From: Octopus vulgaris
Taxonomy: Eukaryota
Reading direction: 5' to 3'
Assembly: GCA_951406725.2 (NCBI GenBank)
Contig: OX597821.1
Coordinates: 106,950,001-107,014,000 of the forward strand
Length of the DNA stretch: 64,000 nucleotides
Position numbers and translations under genes: made by a program. The notes under the pieces were generated by a model, which made no database searches, had not been told where the DNA came from, and saw only the letters and a list, made by a program, of their open reading frames with translations. Of the stretch, positions 29,145 through 44,307 are shown piece by piece (position 1 is the first letter of the stretch; every line of letters starts with the position of its first letter).

Positions 29145-30061
29145 AAACAAGCAACGAAGAATGACTCCGGTAATTTGGTACAATAGCTTAGTACTACATC
29201 ATTTTATTAGATGTTGTATTACAATAGTTTTAAAATGCTGAGCACTCATCAGCCAATTATAGAGGTTTTGCATTAATACAAAAGTTTTCATATCAAGTGG
29301 CAACATTATAGAGAAGGTAGATATATAGACAAAGATGTGGATTTAAATTTTAAGAAAATTTGAGGTAGTGGAGCCCATCAACTGACTGACTAAGATTCGG
29401 TTGTTCCAGACTACTGTAAGGTTCATAGAGGGAAAAATAATTGGAAGGAGACAATAAAGATTTACTAATTATAGAATTGAGATAAAAGGGGATTTCAGAG
29501 CTCCATATAAGGAATTTAAGTAGAAGACATCATTGTCACTACCAAATGCCAATTACTACTATTTGAAGAACAGATTCAGCGCGCGCGCACACACTTACAA
29601 GACAATGATAAAAAGAAATCCAGACAATTTTTTGTGAGATAATATTTACCCTGCTTGGAGTGGTCACGTGGATTTGCCATTTCTAAAAGCCAAGAATCAT
29701 TTCCTACTGAATGAACTGACCAAGTGCTAAGATGTCAACATATTTTTGTCTTCTTTCTTTCTTCCTTCTTCCGTTCCTTTTCTTTTCCATTGACACTCCT
29801 TTCCGATGCAAAAGGACACAGACACACACACGAACTCTCTCACTTTCGCCCCATTCCTCACCCTCTTGTACTATCTTATATCTCTCTCCCCCCATATACA
29901 CACAATAATACTATAAAAGGAGACAAATTTACTGAAAAAGTTCAATCTGAAGACTCCAGTAGAGTGGACGCAAGCGCCAATATATGATTTATAAAAACAT
30001 GTTTCATTTTACTAAATATCTGTAAATATAAAACCATCCAGATTTCTGAGTACCTTATTTA

Positions 30062-30110
<49 letters not shown>

Positions 30111-33100
30111 GTGTGTGTGTGTGTATGTGTCAAATGAAATATAACAGAGGATGGAAAGTTGTCAGCTCACTACTGCTGTTTCTTATACATCTTTCTAATA
30201 GAAGAATGAGAACGTTACTATGTTACAAAAAAAAACCATAATCATCAGACGAAACGTAATTTTCATCAGATGCTGAAAGTTATAGAATATCTCAAGAATA
30301 CGGCAGAGATCTGACTGAAGTCTGTCAAGGCCAATTATGAAATGGACGGATGAACCACAAAGTTGGACGTTGAGGTTGAGAATATATAACGTGAATATGT
30401 GTAACATGATATCTAAGGTCTGCAACCCGGGTGAGATAGGGGTCTGCTAGACTGGTTCTTATGTATGCTAGACTGGTTCTTGGAGTGGAATGTAGGTGAT
30501 ATTTCATTATAATATCCCATGAGTAACGGGTAACAATGAGAGAACCGAATATGAATTAGGAATATAGAAAGTGGATAAGGAAAAGGGTGAAGAAAAATGA
30601 AAACGTACAAGCCAGCTAGGCATAGGGCCGAGTTTAGGGTTCACTAACTAAGGTTAAATGACAAATAGAGGAGAGCAGAGATACAGACAATTTAGGAATG
30701 TTCAGTGAATATCGGTTGAAATCTTGGGGAGGGTACAAAGACAATCAAATAATACGATCTAACTTTTATGGAATTGCAGTGTTAAGATGTATGGTGTTGT
30801 ATATGGGTTAGTTAGGACCAATTATAATATTAGGACATGTTTGCCTGGAGAGGGTAAAGCTGCTAGTAATAGCTGAGTACTATTTATCATTGAGGAGTAC
30901 TAGTTATCAATGAGGAGTTTAAAGTGGAAGGGTGTCATATAATAAACTACACCTGGTAAGGAGTTAGAGGAAATGCCAAGTCGGAAATCATAGAAAGCAG
31001 TAGGGAGTAGTCTAATGATTCACAATAGGGAATGTTATACAAATTCCGTAAATCAAACAAAGCAACTCTAGAAAATGGTCGTAATAGGTGTGGATAGTGT
31101 GTTGTATTTATTATTTGACAAGCGCAGCACACATAACTGTATCTTTGTATTAGGATTACGTACCTAGTGGAATTGGAAAAGAAATGACTAGGGTGTGCAG
31201 GTTGCTACTTCTAGGTTAGATATCTTTGCTATGGTTATTGCATAATACAATGTACACCACATATAGAATGCTTCGTTCTTTCGAAGGCGGCGAGCTGGCA
31301 TAAACGGTAGCAGCCGGGCGAAATGCTTTGCAGTATTTCGTCTGCCCTCACGTTCAAATTCCGCCGAGGTCGATTTTGCTTTTCATCCTTTCGGGGTCGA
31401 TTAAATAAGTATCAGTTACGCACTGGGGTCGATATAATCGACTTAATCCGTGTGTCTGTCCTTGTTTGTTCCCACTGTGTTTAGCCCCTTGTGGGTAGTA
31501 AAGAAATAGGTTAGTTCTTTCGATATAGCGTCCCATGCAAGTATAGTAAGTGCTGTTAGAAGTAATGGTAAAATGGCTGTATCCTCTATTCCTTTGTTAT
31601 TTTGTCCATCTTACTTCCTAAAATTGACTTCTTTTAAAGGTCACCAGCACTTTTAAGAAAATGTGTTTATTTACAAATATGTTGATAGGTGTACAATGGA
31701 AAGAAAAAAGAAAGGAGAAAGAAAAATATGCTTTGTAATGAAATTTCAATGAATGGTCCACATCAAATTGAAAATAAATCTCTATCTATCTAACCATCTA
31801 TCTGTCTCTCTGTCTGTCTAATTATTTATCTATCTATCTACCTATCTACCCATCCTTTCCCCCATTGTATATTATTTTTCTCCTCTTAGAGGATTGTCCT
31901 GAAACCTCTCTCTCTCTCTCTATTTCTCTCTCTCTCTCTCTCTCTCTATTTCCCTCCCTTTGGATTTCCGCCTTTCTCCAAATCGCCTAAACTTTCTACT
32001 TGTATAAATATTAAATACGTAAAATCCATGAATTATAATTAATACTTGCATAGACTACAAGATGATTTGTACAGTACAAAAGCATATTACGCGTATATGT
32101 AAGCACAGAAATAAAAGTATAAGCGATATGTGTACCACGTTTGAAAACATTAATTGAAAAAAATAGCAAAAAGCACTTAGCGAAAAAAAGCTTATATTCA
32201 ACACATATACAGAGATATAGCGCTCTATTGCTATATATGTCCTGTATTTATTCTGCTCGTTAGTCAATTCTGCCAGTTTACATTGCAAAGTGCAAGAAAA
32301 GTACGAAGAAGTGGTTATTTTCAATAGCGAATTAGGACACTTAATTGACAGCAAAGTTAATTTATCTTTTCCGCCGATTTTGTCACAATCAGGTGATAAT
32401 AAAACGAACAAGAGCAAAACAGCTCTTAAATGTAATAATTTGTCAACATAAAGTGGTGAACTGGCAGAATCGTTATCACGATGGGCAAAATGCTTAGCAG
32501 CATTTCGTTCGTCCATACTTTCTGATTTCAAATTCCGCCAAGGTCAAATTTGGCAATCATACTTTCGATATCGATAAAATAAGTCCCAGTTGTATATCAG
32601 GCCTTGTGTTTATAGTAGAAACCAGTAATGCAGTGAGCTCGTAGAATGGTCTGCACACCGGTACAAGATATGAAACGGCATTTAAATCTCGTCAGTCATT
32701 ACGCCCTGATTTCAAACGCCTCCACCGTCAACTTTGCATACCAAAATTTCAGGACCGATAACATAAGTACCAGCTGAGCTCTTGAGTCCATATCATCGAC
32801 TTATACTCCCCACTTTCTTGCTTTTCCAGGCCTTTTTACTTTTACCCTTATCGATAATTGTATTTATAATTCTCTCTTTAAAAGGTATTTTTTCATATGA
32901 TGGCCATTGATAAATTTTCTGATAATATACGCATACACACACATATATACATATGCAAACACACACATACATACGTACATGCATGTATAGGCACACACAC
33001 ACACACATACACACATACACACACAAACTGACCCACACACATGCGCACAAACAAAGAAAACGGAAAGCAGTGTAATTAACGAACAGAGTCAAAACTATTG

Positions 33101-33727
33101 AAAAGTTTGCAAGACGCAACGAAAATTTAAAAAAAAAATAAGAAAAAAGTGGAAATTTTACCGGTTAGTGTGTTATATCATAAGGCACAAAAAGAAATTG
33201 ACTCTCCCCAGACACAACAGAATTTGGCCTTATCGCTTAGCCAGTGGGGTGGCGTCATTTGATGGCTAAAACAATGCAAAGCGCATTGTGACCAGCGATG
33301 TGTAGCAACATCTGCTAGCCTGGTCGGTCACGGTAATCACAGTGATATCAGAAGTAAATTAATTCTTATTCGCGAAGGGTAAGAAAATTTCTAGGGAATT
33401 TCTGTTCGTATATATTTGGGGTACTTAAATGAAATTCTTGACTTTGCATCCGCTTTTCCGTGAATATGTTTAAGTATTTCATCTATTTTCATTTGTGTTT
33501 CTCGCTGATGAAGGAAGAATTGTTAGGAGATTAATCAAGAAATCGGAACCGATTCGGTGCTAACTATATTTTTATCAATTTCTGTTAGCTTGCTTTCCTT
33601 CATTCGATACGTGTTGCAATAATATAGGTGAAAATATGTTATTTGGTGAGATGATTTAGCGTCATTTTTCAGCATATTGGAAAAGAAAATTTTTTCCTTT
33701 GCCCCACGTTATATATATATATATATA

Positions 33728-33769
<42 letters not shown>

Positions 33770-35431
33770 CCTACTTATATATATATATATATATATATAT
33801 TAACACATAAGATGGAGAGAGACACGCACACATAGATGCATAAATACATATACATGAGTATACATATCCATATGCATAGATATGTGTATAGTTATATTTA
33901 CATATGTATATGCACACACACACGTACACATGCATGTATGTTGTACTTCTATGTTGCATAAAAATTCTCGATTCCTTATTTCGGGATCAGCACAAACACT
34001 TGGCTATTTACATTTCAGGATTGGTACCCAAATTTAAACAGGTTCAAAATCTGCAGTTCTTTACGTTGGCTAAAAGTGGCATGTAAGATGGTTGAATTGT
34101 TACTTCTATGTCGATGAAATACAGAAAATTTCAATGCAACAGAAGTTTTACACCCAGTTAAAATTTTCATTGTTTTTTTGCGTAAAGTTTAAAGACTTCC
34201 TTCGGTCATGAGTTGCCAAGTAGTTAGAGCAGCGGACTGGCGGTAGAGGGATCGTGGGTTGGAATCTCAGACTGGGCGGTGTGTGTGTTTATGAGCGAAA
34301 CACCTAAGCTTCACGTGGCTCCGCAGAAGTTAATGGCGAACTTCTGCTGACTCTTTCGCAACGACATTCTCTCACTCTTTCCTCCTGCATTATGCAGTCC
34401 ACCAGCGACCGACTAGCGTCCCGTCGAGGTGGGGAACCTATCCGCCAAGGAAACCGGGAAACCGGCCCTTGTGAGCCAGGCATGGCTCGAGAAGGAACAA
34501 ACAAGGGATTGCACCTAAAATGTTCCACTCCGAGGCACAAGTCTGGGCAAGGTAATTTATGGAATAAAATCATTCACCCATGCATATCAGCCTCTGGACT
34601 CCAGGCCACCAATGTTGTCCAAGGGAAAGGCAAAAGCCGATGCAGCTTGGTACTAGTGACTTATTTTTAGAGCTGAGTGAAATAAAGTAACAAAAATTAA
34701 AGTATCTTATTCAAGAACGCACCCAGCTCAGTCTAGGAACCGAAATCACAACCTCATGATTTTGAGACCGAAGTCCTAACCACTGAGCCATGCATCTTCA
34801 CTTTGATTACTCTTTATATAAGCAACCCTGTTCAACGCTTCTCATACAACATAGATTGTTATAAGATACCATGCTAAAAGTCTGATGAGGTATACACCAA
34901 CGTTTGTAGATTTATCACGCGCAGTTATCTTACATAGGCGTAGGTGTGGTTGTGTGATAACAAGTTTTATTTTCAACTACATGGTTCCGGGTTCAATCCT
35001 ATTGCGTAGCACCTTGGTCAAGTGTCTTCCACTACAGCACCGGGCCGACCCAAAGTATCGTGAGTGGATATGGTAGAAAAAAACTGAAAGAATCCCGCTT
35101 CATATATATATATATATATATATATGGATCGGAATTTACACACCATGGACAAGAAGCATCTTACCCACTCTACACAGCACATTCCTTGCATAACGGAAGA
35201 GCAACTTTAACATCCAAGTCTTATTTTTATTTTCATTTTTCCTTTCATACTTCCAGTGTCTCCCCCTCTGCAAAATAACTTATATAATGAACTCTACTAA
35301 TTTCTTCTATTGAAACTCTCTTAATACGTCTCCAATTATAGAACATCATTTATCCCCCTGAAACAGCTGTAAGATCATATTTCTCTTTATAAATATCCTA
35401 GTAAATATTACGTTATTTTGGTCTTGTTATT

Positions 35432-35488
<57 letters not shown>

Positions 35489-35628
35489 TCTTGACTGAAG
35501 ATAAAAGGCTTCGAATGACCCGTCCGTGTTTCTTTTTTGGTGGGTATCGCCTATTTGGATGTATTGTTGTCACCTCTTGTATCATCTAGTTGTCCGGATG
35601 TTTTGCGTTCTTGTCCCATTTTATATTT

Positions 35629-35665
<37 letters not shown>

Positions 35666-35793
35666 GCGGGCTTCTTTCAGTTTCTTTCCACCATATCCAC
35701 TCAATAGTTTGACCAAGGTGCTACGCAATAGGATTGATCCCGGAACCAAGTTGTTGAGAATAAAACTTGTTACCACACAACCTCACCTGCGCC

Positions 35794-35854
<61 letters not shown>

Positions 35855-36176
35855 GTTTGAATATACAGATACAATACCAATATCAATTCCTTCTGGAAAC
35901 TATCTTAAGTATGTCCTTGAGAACGATTATTTATGTAGTAATATTTTGTGCCCAATATTTTAAGGAACTTGTTGAACTTTTTTATGTCCTTAACATGTCC
36001 CTGTTACCAAAGACTGTATATATGTAATGTAGCAATTTGCAACAGCCAAAAATTAACGCAACCAAACTTCTACATGTTACTTTTGGCAATCTTTTTCCAA
36101 TGAGTGAAACCGGTAAAGTAAATAAACATCTTTTAAATTGCATTTTCAAACCTTCTTTCGTATATATATGTATATA

Positions 36177-36276
<100 letters not shown>

Positions 36277-37893
36277 TATAGATATAGATAGATGGATATA
36301 TAGACAGATAGATAGATAGATATAGATATAGATAAATATAGATAGACAGATAGATAGATACATAGATATATGCATAGGTATGAGTGTGTGTTTCTTTGTG
36401 TCTGTTTTTGTCGCACATCGTTGCTTGACAACTGGTGGTGGAGCGTTTACGTCCCTGTAATTTAGATCTTCTGGCAATAAATGACACAAAAAATATCAGG
36501 TTTTACAAAACAATAAGTACTGAGGTTGATTCGTTTGGTGAAAAGCGATGCCGCAGAAAGGCTGGCCGGAGTCTGAACACAGAAATTGACTAATTTATCA
36601 ATTTATCAGTTTAATGATTGATAAATGATAAAAGAGAATGTGGTTTGGAAAATGGAGAATACTGAGAAAACAGTAACTAAATATTATACTTGGGCTACAT
36701 TGATACTTTCCCTTCTTCTCTGATTTATATGTGTGTGTGTGTGTGTTTTTGCCTCTGTGTGTGTGTGTGTGTCTGTCTGTGTGTGTGTGTGTGTGTGTCA
36801 TTTATTCTTTAATTTCTTTTACCCTGCTTCTCACATGTGACTACGACGACCCTGAGGCACCGCCTTGAAGAAATTGTAGTCGAATAAATCGACCCCAGCT
36901 CTTCTACATCTTAATCCTAGAGCTTAAAATCGAGATAAATGAAAGAAGGAACTTTTCATGAGCAAATAAAGACATTAAAGGTTGTCAACATTAATGTCAA
37001 CACAAAAAGGCCAGGTGTATATATTTTAAATGTAAATGCTATGCAATTGAACTTCAACTTTAGGGAAATAACTGTCTTCTCGCCGTAAAAACACCAATAC
37101 CATTGAAACAATTACACAATTATAATTAAAAATGCAAAAGTGTCGCATTTTCATAAAAAAAAGGTCAATTGTAGGTTAATTGTGTACGTTTAGAAAATGC
37201 AAATATTGCACGATTAAGAAGCGAGCAAATAGTCTTTTGCTTCTAAAATTAAAGTATTTTTACTACATGCACCTTGAAATAAAGCTCAAACAAACTTGAT
37301 TGAATACAATAACGGTTTTCTTTCACTAAAAAAAAATTTTTTTCTTGTTTTGGTTTGAAGCTCTAAGGCAACAAAAATCATTTATTGAGTATGAAAATAG
37401 TATTTTCTTCCTTGAATGAAAAGCAATCACTGGTTTCTTTTTATTAAAAAATAATTAAGCATCCCTTTATTTCAATAAAATTTTTGGTTTTGTTAAACGA
37501 AGTTAAGGCAAAAATGAAAAAAACTTCATGAGAAACAAAATAGTCTTTCCTTCCTTCATGCCAAGTTTGAAGAAAATATCTCTTTCGCATCTTACTTTTT
37601 TGGTCTCTTAAATATGCTGCCTATTGTGGCATTATTTCATGCAAGCCGTTTTCCACTTTTTTGCGGAAACTGCAGGTGCATTTTTCTCACGTACGCGTAT
37701 TATCGATCGCAACAGCTGATGTACTTGCGCGTACAAATGCACGATCCCACGGCTTTATCTATTGCATTCTCACCTGGAATCGATTTTTGTAAATTTTACA
37801 AGACATATACACGCCCTGATACCGTTGTTATCTACACATCAAATTTGAGAGCAATCGGATGGAGGATGCCCGAGATCCTAGAACACACACACA

Positions 37894-37925
<32 letters not shown>

Positions 37926-38137
37926 GACAGAACGATTTTACATAATATATAGAGTTGCGGCCCAAATGTTCAGAACGGTATTGTTTTCGCCAGAAAAGTA
38001 GGTATAAGTTTTTTTTCAAAGTTGTTTCATTTTCTATAATTTTCACAAACAATACATACAATATTAATTGTTATTGTCTGAGGACGTTGAACAAATATAG
38101 TATTATTGGACACTCAGGAATGAAGGGAAGAATGAGG

Positions 38138-38172
38138 GTTTGACGTTTCGAGCGGAGCTCTTCGTCGGAAAC
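38138..38172 (-). ncRNA. Minimal type-I hammerhead ribozyme motif within a Penelope-associated repeat (second copy 51158-51192)
   Basis: GTTT-CCGACGA-A-GAGC(TCC)GCTC-GAAA-C-GTC-AAAC: stem I GTTT/AAAC, core CYGANGA...GAAA, palindromic ACGT stem III, GUC site. Confidence 0.55.
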
Positions 38173-38237
38173 ATAGGAGAAGGAAAGATCCAGAGAAGGG
38201 AAGACAGAAGAAAAAAAATCGCCTTCGAGGTCACATA

Positions 38238-38295
<58 letters not shown>

Positions 38296-38299
38296 CATA

Positions 38300-38632
38300 A
38301 AGACCCCCTTCAGTCATGAGTGACCATGGGTTTGCACCTAGAGAGTTACCCTGTGAGGCACAAGTCTGGGCAAGGTTGTTTTTATGGAAGACCAGTAGTC
38401 GCCCATGCATACCGGCCTCCCCTCTCCACGCCACCAGTGTTATCCAAGGGAAAGACAAAGGTCGATACAGCTTGGCACCAGTGACGTCGCAACTCATTTC
38501 TACAGCTGAGTGAACTGGAGCAACGTGAAATAAAGTGCTTTGCTCAAGAACACAACACGCAGCCCGGTCCGGGATTCGAACTCACAACCTCACGATCGTA
38601 AGCTCGACGCTCTAACCACTGAGCCATGCGCC
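38300..38632 (-). mobile_element. tRNA-derived SINE
   Basis: Minus strand GGCGCATGGCTCAGTGGTTAGAGCG...GAGTTCGAATCCCGG (A and B boxes); related sequence at ~34480-34800. Confidence 0.75.
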
Positions 38633-38690
38633 TGCATACATACATACACATATATATATACATACATATATATATATACATACATATATA

Positions 38691-40273
38691 CAGTTGCGGC
38701 CAAAATGTTCAGAACGGTATTGTTTTCGCCAGATCAGTAGGTATAAGTTTTTATCAAAGTTGTTTTATATTATATAATTTTCACAGACAATAAATGCGAT
38801 ATTAATTGTTATTGTCTGAGATGTTTGTGTAATTTGAGAGGATAATACAAAAGTTATGGATGATTTAGTGATTTACTGCAAAACCCATGGCGGCCAAAAT
38901 GATCAGAACGGTTGAAAAAATAACAAAATAATCAAAAATGACAGAGAATACTGGAATTATTTAATATTTAGTGTGAAGCCCTTTAGCTCCAATCACACTT
39001 TGACATCTTCAACTGCATGAGGAAATTAAATTTTCAATTTCTTGCTAGGTGAACTTATTCCATTCTTCCTGAAGGGCATTCCATAATTTCTCGTTTTTTT
39101 TAGGATTTCTGGCTTTCGAACGTTCTCTTAGAATATTCCACATATTCCAATCCATAATAATAACCTTTTCAGCCTTGAGGAAGTTCATGACCACTTTAGA
39201 CGTGTGACATGGGGCATTGTCCTGCATGAATATGGGTGGTCGCTTAGTTGAATTTCTCAGCACAGGCAAGACATGATCTTTTACAAGTTGTTTATAAACT
39301 CCTGCATTTACCTTTCCATGTAATCGCACCAAAGGGCCCACACCATCTCCAGATATCATCCCCCAAACCATGACACTTCCTCTACCGAATTTAACACTAG
39401 TCTTATAGCATTTAGGCGACAATTTTTCACCTACTTTTCAACGAACGTACCTTTTCCCATCTGAGCCAAATAATATAGACTTAGATTCATCACTGAAATG
39501 CTCCGTTTGCCATTTTTCTTGAGACCACAACACATGTTCGGTTGCAAAGGTAAGACGACACTTTTTATTTTTGGAGCTGATCAGTGGCTTCACTGCTGGT
39601 GATCTTGCTTGTAGGTTATGTTCAACTAAACGATGAGGCAAGTTTTTCGAGATAACGTTTTCTTCAGTACAATGCTCATTTCCTGAGAAACAGCAGCAGC
39701 AGTTTTAAATCTGTCCTTTTTAACCAACTTTACCATAGCACGATCTTCTCTCTCGGTCGTTTGTCTTGGCCTATCTTTAGACTTTCTTGCTTCACACGAA
39801 CCACAATCATCGAAGACCTTAAGAATACCGTGTACAACACTTTTTGACTTGTTAACAATCTTTGCAATCGACCCAATACTTAAATTATCCTTCTTTCAAA
39901 GCTTAATAATCTACTGATGAATTGATAACGGAGTAAGTGGCATTATATTAACAAAGTACACTGCAGATATTCTTACTAAACGAACCGTCACGTAAACACA
40001 CTCAAAACATTAGAGTTCGCCGGTTAAATATACGAAAACATGGAGTAAAAGCAACCTTTCTGATCATTTTGGCCGCCATGGGTTTTGCAGTAAATCACTA
40101 AATCATCCATAACTTTTGTATTATCCTCTCAAATTACAAGAAAAATCTCAGACAATAACAAATAATATTGTATTTATTGTCTGTGAAAATTATAGAATAT
40201 AAAACAACTTTGATAAAAACTTATACCTACTTTTCTGGCGAAAACAATACCGTTCTGAACATTTTGGCCGCAA

Positions 40274-40276
<3 letters not shown>
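38691..40276 (-). mobile_element. Full-length Tc1-family DNA transposon with inactivated transposase
   Basis: TIRs CAGTTGCGGCCAAAATGTTCAGAACGG / CCGTTCTGAACATTTTGGCCGCAACTG, TA flanks and ~220-bp inverted repeats. Fragments FSDESK, GSVMVWG and FMQDNAPCH. A solo TIR fragment lies at ~37953-38082. Confidence 0.92.
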
Positions 40277-40369
<93 letters not shown>

Positions 40370-43007
40370 GGTACTCTTCCATTTTCCGTCTACCAAATTC
40401 ACTCACAAGGCTTTGGTCGACCCGAGGCTAGAGCAGAAAAATGCCGCTTTGGACCCGTACCTAGAAACTAGAACCATGCGGTTTAGAAACAAGCTTTTAA
40501 CCTCACACACACAAAATTATTCATAATCCAATTATATTCATAAACGGATTGAACAATCATCATTTTGGGCTCTATATATTTGCTATAAAGCATAAAATTT
40601 CAAATTTGACGAACATTTCACAATTAAATAACGCTCAATGGCTGTTTCATTAGTAATAGACAATAGCTACTAGAGTAACTCAACCGAGATATGTAATTAA
40701 TATCAGTAAAATGAAATTGCTTTAATTTCAAAGCGATGTTTATACAAATAGGCGCAAGTGTTGCGCCGTAGTAAGAATCTGCAGTAAGCAGGTGTGGCTA
40801 TGTGGTAAAAAGTTTGCTTCCCCGCGCATGCATTGGTCAGTGTTTGATTTTTGCACTGCTAGGAGTCACAACACTAACGTCGTGAATTATTGAACAAGGG
40901 AAGCACAAGTACAAGGTGAGACATTTGTTTTTTTTTTTTGGGGGGGGGGATTCAGTGGGGGGGTTGTTGCTCGTGTCTAATTATTTTGTCGAGCAAGAAA
41001 TATCCACTGAGTTCCGGGTATTTGCCTGCCTGTTGTTGTGTTTAATGTCTCACTTAGCGGTGAGAATTGTGTTTTGGAGGCGTATCCCTCCGCCGATAAT
41101 TGTAATTATTTTTTACCGATTTTTGATGAAATTGTTGTGCAACTGTTTTGTGCCCAGGATTACCAAGGGAATTACCGATTTGGCCAGGAGTATCAGGACA
41201 GCCAGAATAGTTTGCTGTGTTTTTGAACTGTTTCTTGTCTTCTTTCTTCCTTCCGTCCTTCCTACATTTTTGTGTTTTTTTTACTCTGAATTTTTGTTTG
41301 CTGTGAACTTTTTTTCTAAAAAAAACATGGCAAAAAAGATAAAAAAAACATTACGTTGTACTGAGAGATTGTCCAACCGAAACAGTGGATGAAAGACTTT
41401 GAAGAGAGGACGGTGGTGTTAAGGACTTACTCGAAGTCGCTTGACACCATCGCCCTCTAAAAAGACGCAAATCGAAAAAGAGTTGGCAGAGTATTCGCCA
41501 ACTATTAAATTCATCTCCAAGGTGGGTGCAGTATGCAAAGGTGTGGATGCTATTTGACACCCCGGAGTGGTGTCGCAAATTTGCGAGCCAGCCCTTAGAG
41601 CGCGGGCTGCCACCCGGGATTGAACCCCAATAGATAGAGTATACTATCCGCCGGGGATTGGGTGGCAGCGGATCCAAGCTGCTTAATGTTCAAATTTTGC
41701 CGGCGGCTGATTGGGTTGGGTCAAAAGCTGTATAGACCCTCTGGACCCAATTAGTCAAAAATCTGGTCTTTCTAGATTTTTTGAAAATGGCCGGTTGCAG
41801 GTACCCGGTGATACTTGAAGGATGTCCCGAACCAAGTGTCACCTGAACCTGGAACTGGGCCACATTAAAAAAAACTGTCCCCAATAGGGTCCTGGAACAG
41901 TTGGCTGTGGAAAAGCTCTCCCTCTTCCTCCGAAGGGAGAAATGCTGTTAGTTGTGGAGGTAAAGACCTCCCCGTAAAAAAAGGGTAAAATGTAAGAAGA
42001 TGGGCAACAATGGTTGCTCACGGAAGGACCCCAAAGCTGTGGGAGGGGGGGATGATACTCCGGTAAAAGAATGGGAGAGTGCCGGTGGTTAGCAATACTG
42101 TGCCGGCATGTCCTGAAACCTCATCGGTGGGAATTTTGCCACAGACGGAGGAAACTGTTTCCCCTCCAAGTATAATAAATGAGAAATTTGTGATCTTTCT
42201 TGAGAGAACTTTGTGAGGAATCTAGAAGGCCGGGAACAAGCAGTCCTCCCCTGTATTGAAAGCCCGGATTGGCCTCCGAAGTTGGCTGCAGAGGTCATGG
42301 CGTAAAATTATTTCTACAGACTCCTTTAACGAGGATGAATACAATTATCTCTTATGGGGCTTGCGATTGCTGCCTTGCCTGCAGGCGGCAAGGGACCTAT
42401 TCGGGGAGGTAGCATAAGAGGTCTTAGTGCCTCGATTTGAACTTGGTGATTTTGGTTGAATATATTTGCTGAACCTTGGTTGGTAAGAGGCCCAGGGCCT
42501 CAATTTGTAACTGGTGTAAGAGGTTCAATACCTCATTTGTGTTTTTTAAAAAAAAACAATGTTATCGGGAAGTAACAATCGGCGGTCATTGGCTGCTCCC
42601 CCACCAACCTTCTCTTTTTTCATTCCATCATCATCAATCTGTTTGTGTCCAGCCTGCGAGCTTATATCTGTATTATGCCTTTATGGCAAATGTGATGAAA
42701 TAAGGAATCTTGCTTTCCAAACGCAGGGTTGTAGGTTCAGTCCCACTGCCTGTCACCTACTTATATTTTATGTAGTGTTTAAATACTACACTTAGTAGTA
42801 GTGGATATGTCATTTCATGAAACTATGCCTGTCAACATATCTAATTCCATTCGCATTGAACCAGCAACATCAGTGATAGTTGTTAAAGCCGAAAATTTCC
42901 GTTGCCTAACTTTCGGGGCGCCCTATATATGTGTGTATGTGTGTGTATATATGTCTATGTATATATAAATGTACATATATAAATGTATATGTGTATATAT
43001 ATGTGTG

Positions 43008-43092
<85 letters not shown>

Positions 43093-43094
<2 letters not shown>

Positions 43095-43520
43095 TGGAGG
43101 GAAGTGTCCTGAACTTTGGCATCGAGAGTTACGCAAATGCCAGAACTGGGCGCCACTGCGTGGTGCCTAGGACTCCAAACCTGCCATCAAGATGTAGGAC
43201 AAGATTCTGTGATAGCCTGGGTTTCCGAGGCCCACAGCTCTTCAATATCCTCCCGAAGAACCTGAGAGACCTGCATGGGGTGGATACAGATGTCTTTAAA
43301 ATGAAGCTGGATCTCTTCCTGTCAGGTGTCCCAGATGAACCAACTTCACGGCAGGAGGGGCAGATGAGGGCAGCTGCATCGAACTCTCTCATGCACCAAA
43401 TAGCAGTTGCTAGAAAGCCTCCATGAAGTGAAACCAAGTAGCAACACCAAATGGCGGTGCCCCAGCATGGCCACAGCTCATAAGCTGAAACTAGAATCAA
43501 TCAATCAATCAATCAATCAT
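43093..43520 (+). mobile_element. LINE (CR1-group-like) 3' end with (AATC)n tail
   Basis: RTRFCDSLGFRGPQLFNILPKNLRDLHGVDTDVFKMKLDLFLSGVPDEP; homologous to 13765-14255. Confidence 0.75.
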
Positions 43521-44112
43521 ACAACTTCTTAATTTCAGCGGAGGCAATGCAAGCGGAAACTAGAGGTACATAATTAAGATCCACACTCGAAAATCAAATG
43601 CATACATATATTCATATATTCTTCCATATCTACAAAACTGATATATAAATTCCAAATATATAGATATAAAAATATTACCTAATTTCATAAAAACATGGGA
43701 ATATAATTAAAGTGTAATAATGGATTCGTCTGGGTGGAAATTAACATATGAACTTTACCATACTTTTTGGAGTATATGCTAATTAGGTAATATTAGATAA
43801 CTATAAAGGTTGTTAGTGCAATGTCATAACGCACCACAGATGACTGGTAATTGTATAATAGTATTTCTGCATTTGTTTTCGTATATTGCGTGTAAAAACA
43901 TCCTAATAAAGGGAGTGTAAGTTTTGAAAATAGGAAATATATCATATTACTTGGCACAGCTCTGAAACTCCCCGTAGATGGAACGTTAATTCTTTGTATT
44001 AAATTGTTGTATTATTTTTAGGAGGATTTAAATACTCCTTTTAAAGTCTTATCATCACAAATGTTTATTTACAGCAAAGTTTTATAACTTTCAAATGTAA
44101 ATTCACTGTGTT

Positions 44113-44157
<45 letters not shown>

Positions 44158-44188
44158 AATCTATCTATCAATCTATCTATCTATCTAT

Positions 44189-44258
<70 letters not shown>

Positions 44259-44261
44259 GTG

Positions 44262-44307
<46 letters not shown>

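Noticed and set aside
32055-32531. 158-aa ORF
   Set aside because: It spans SINE fragments within an insertion specific to duplication copy 2 and has no recognisable domain.
38560-38632. tRNA gene
   Set aside because: The tRNA-like head continues directly into a multicopy SINE body.
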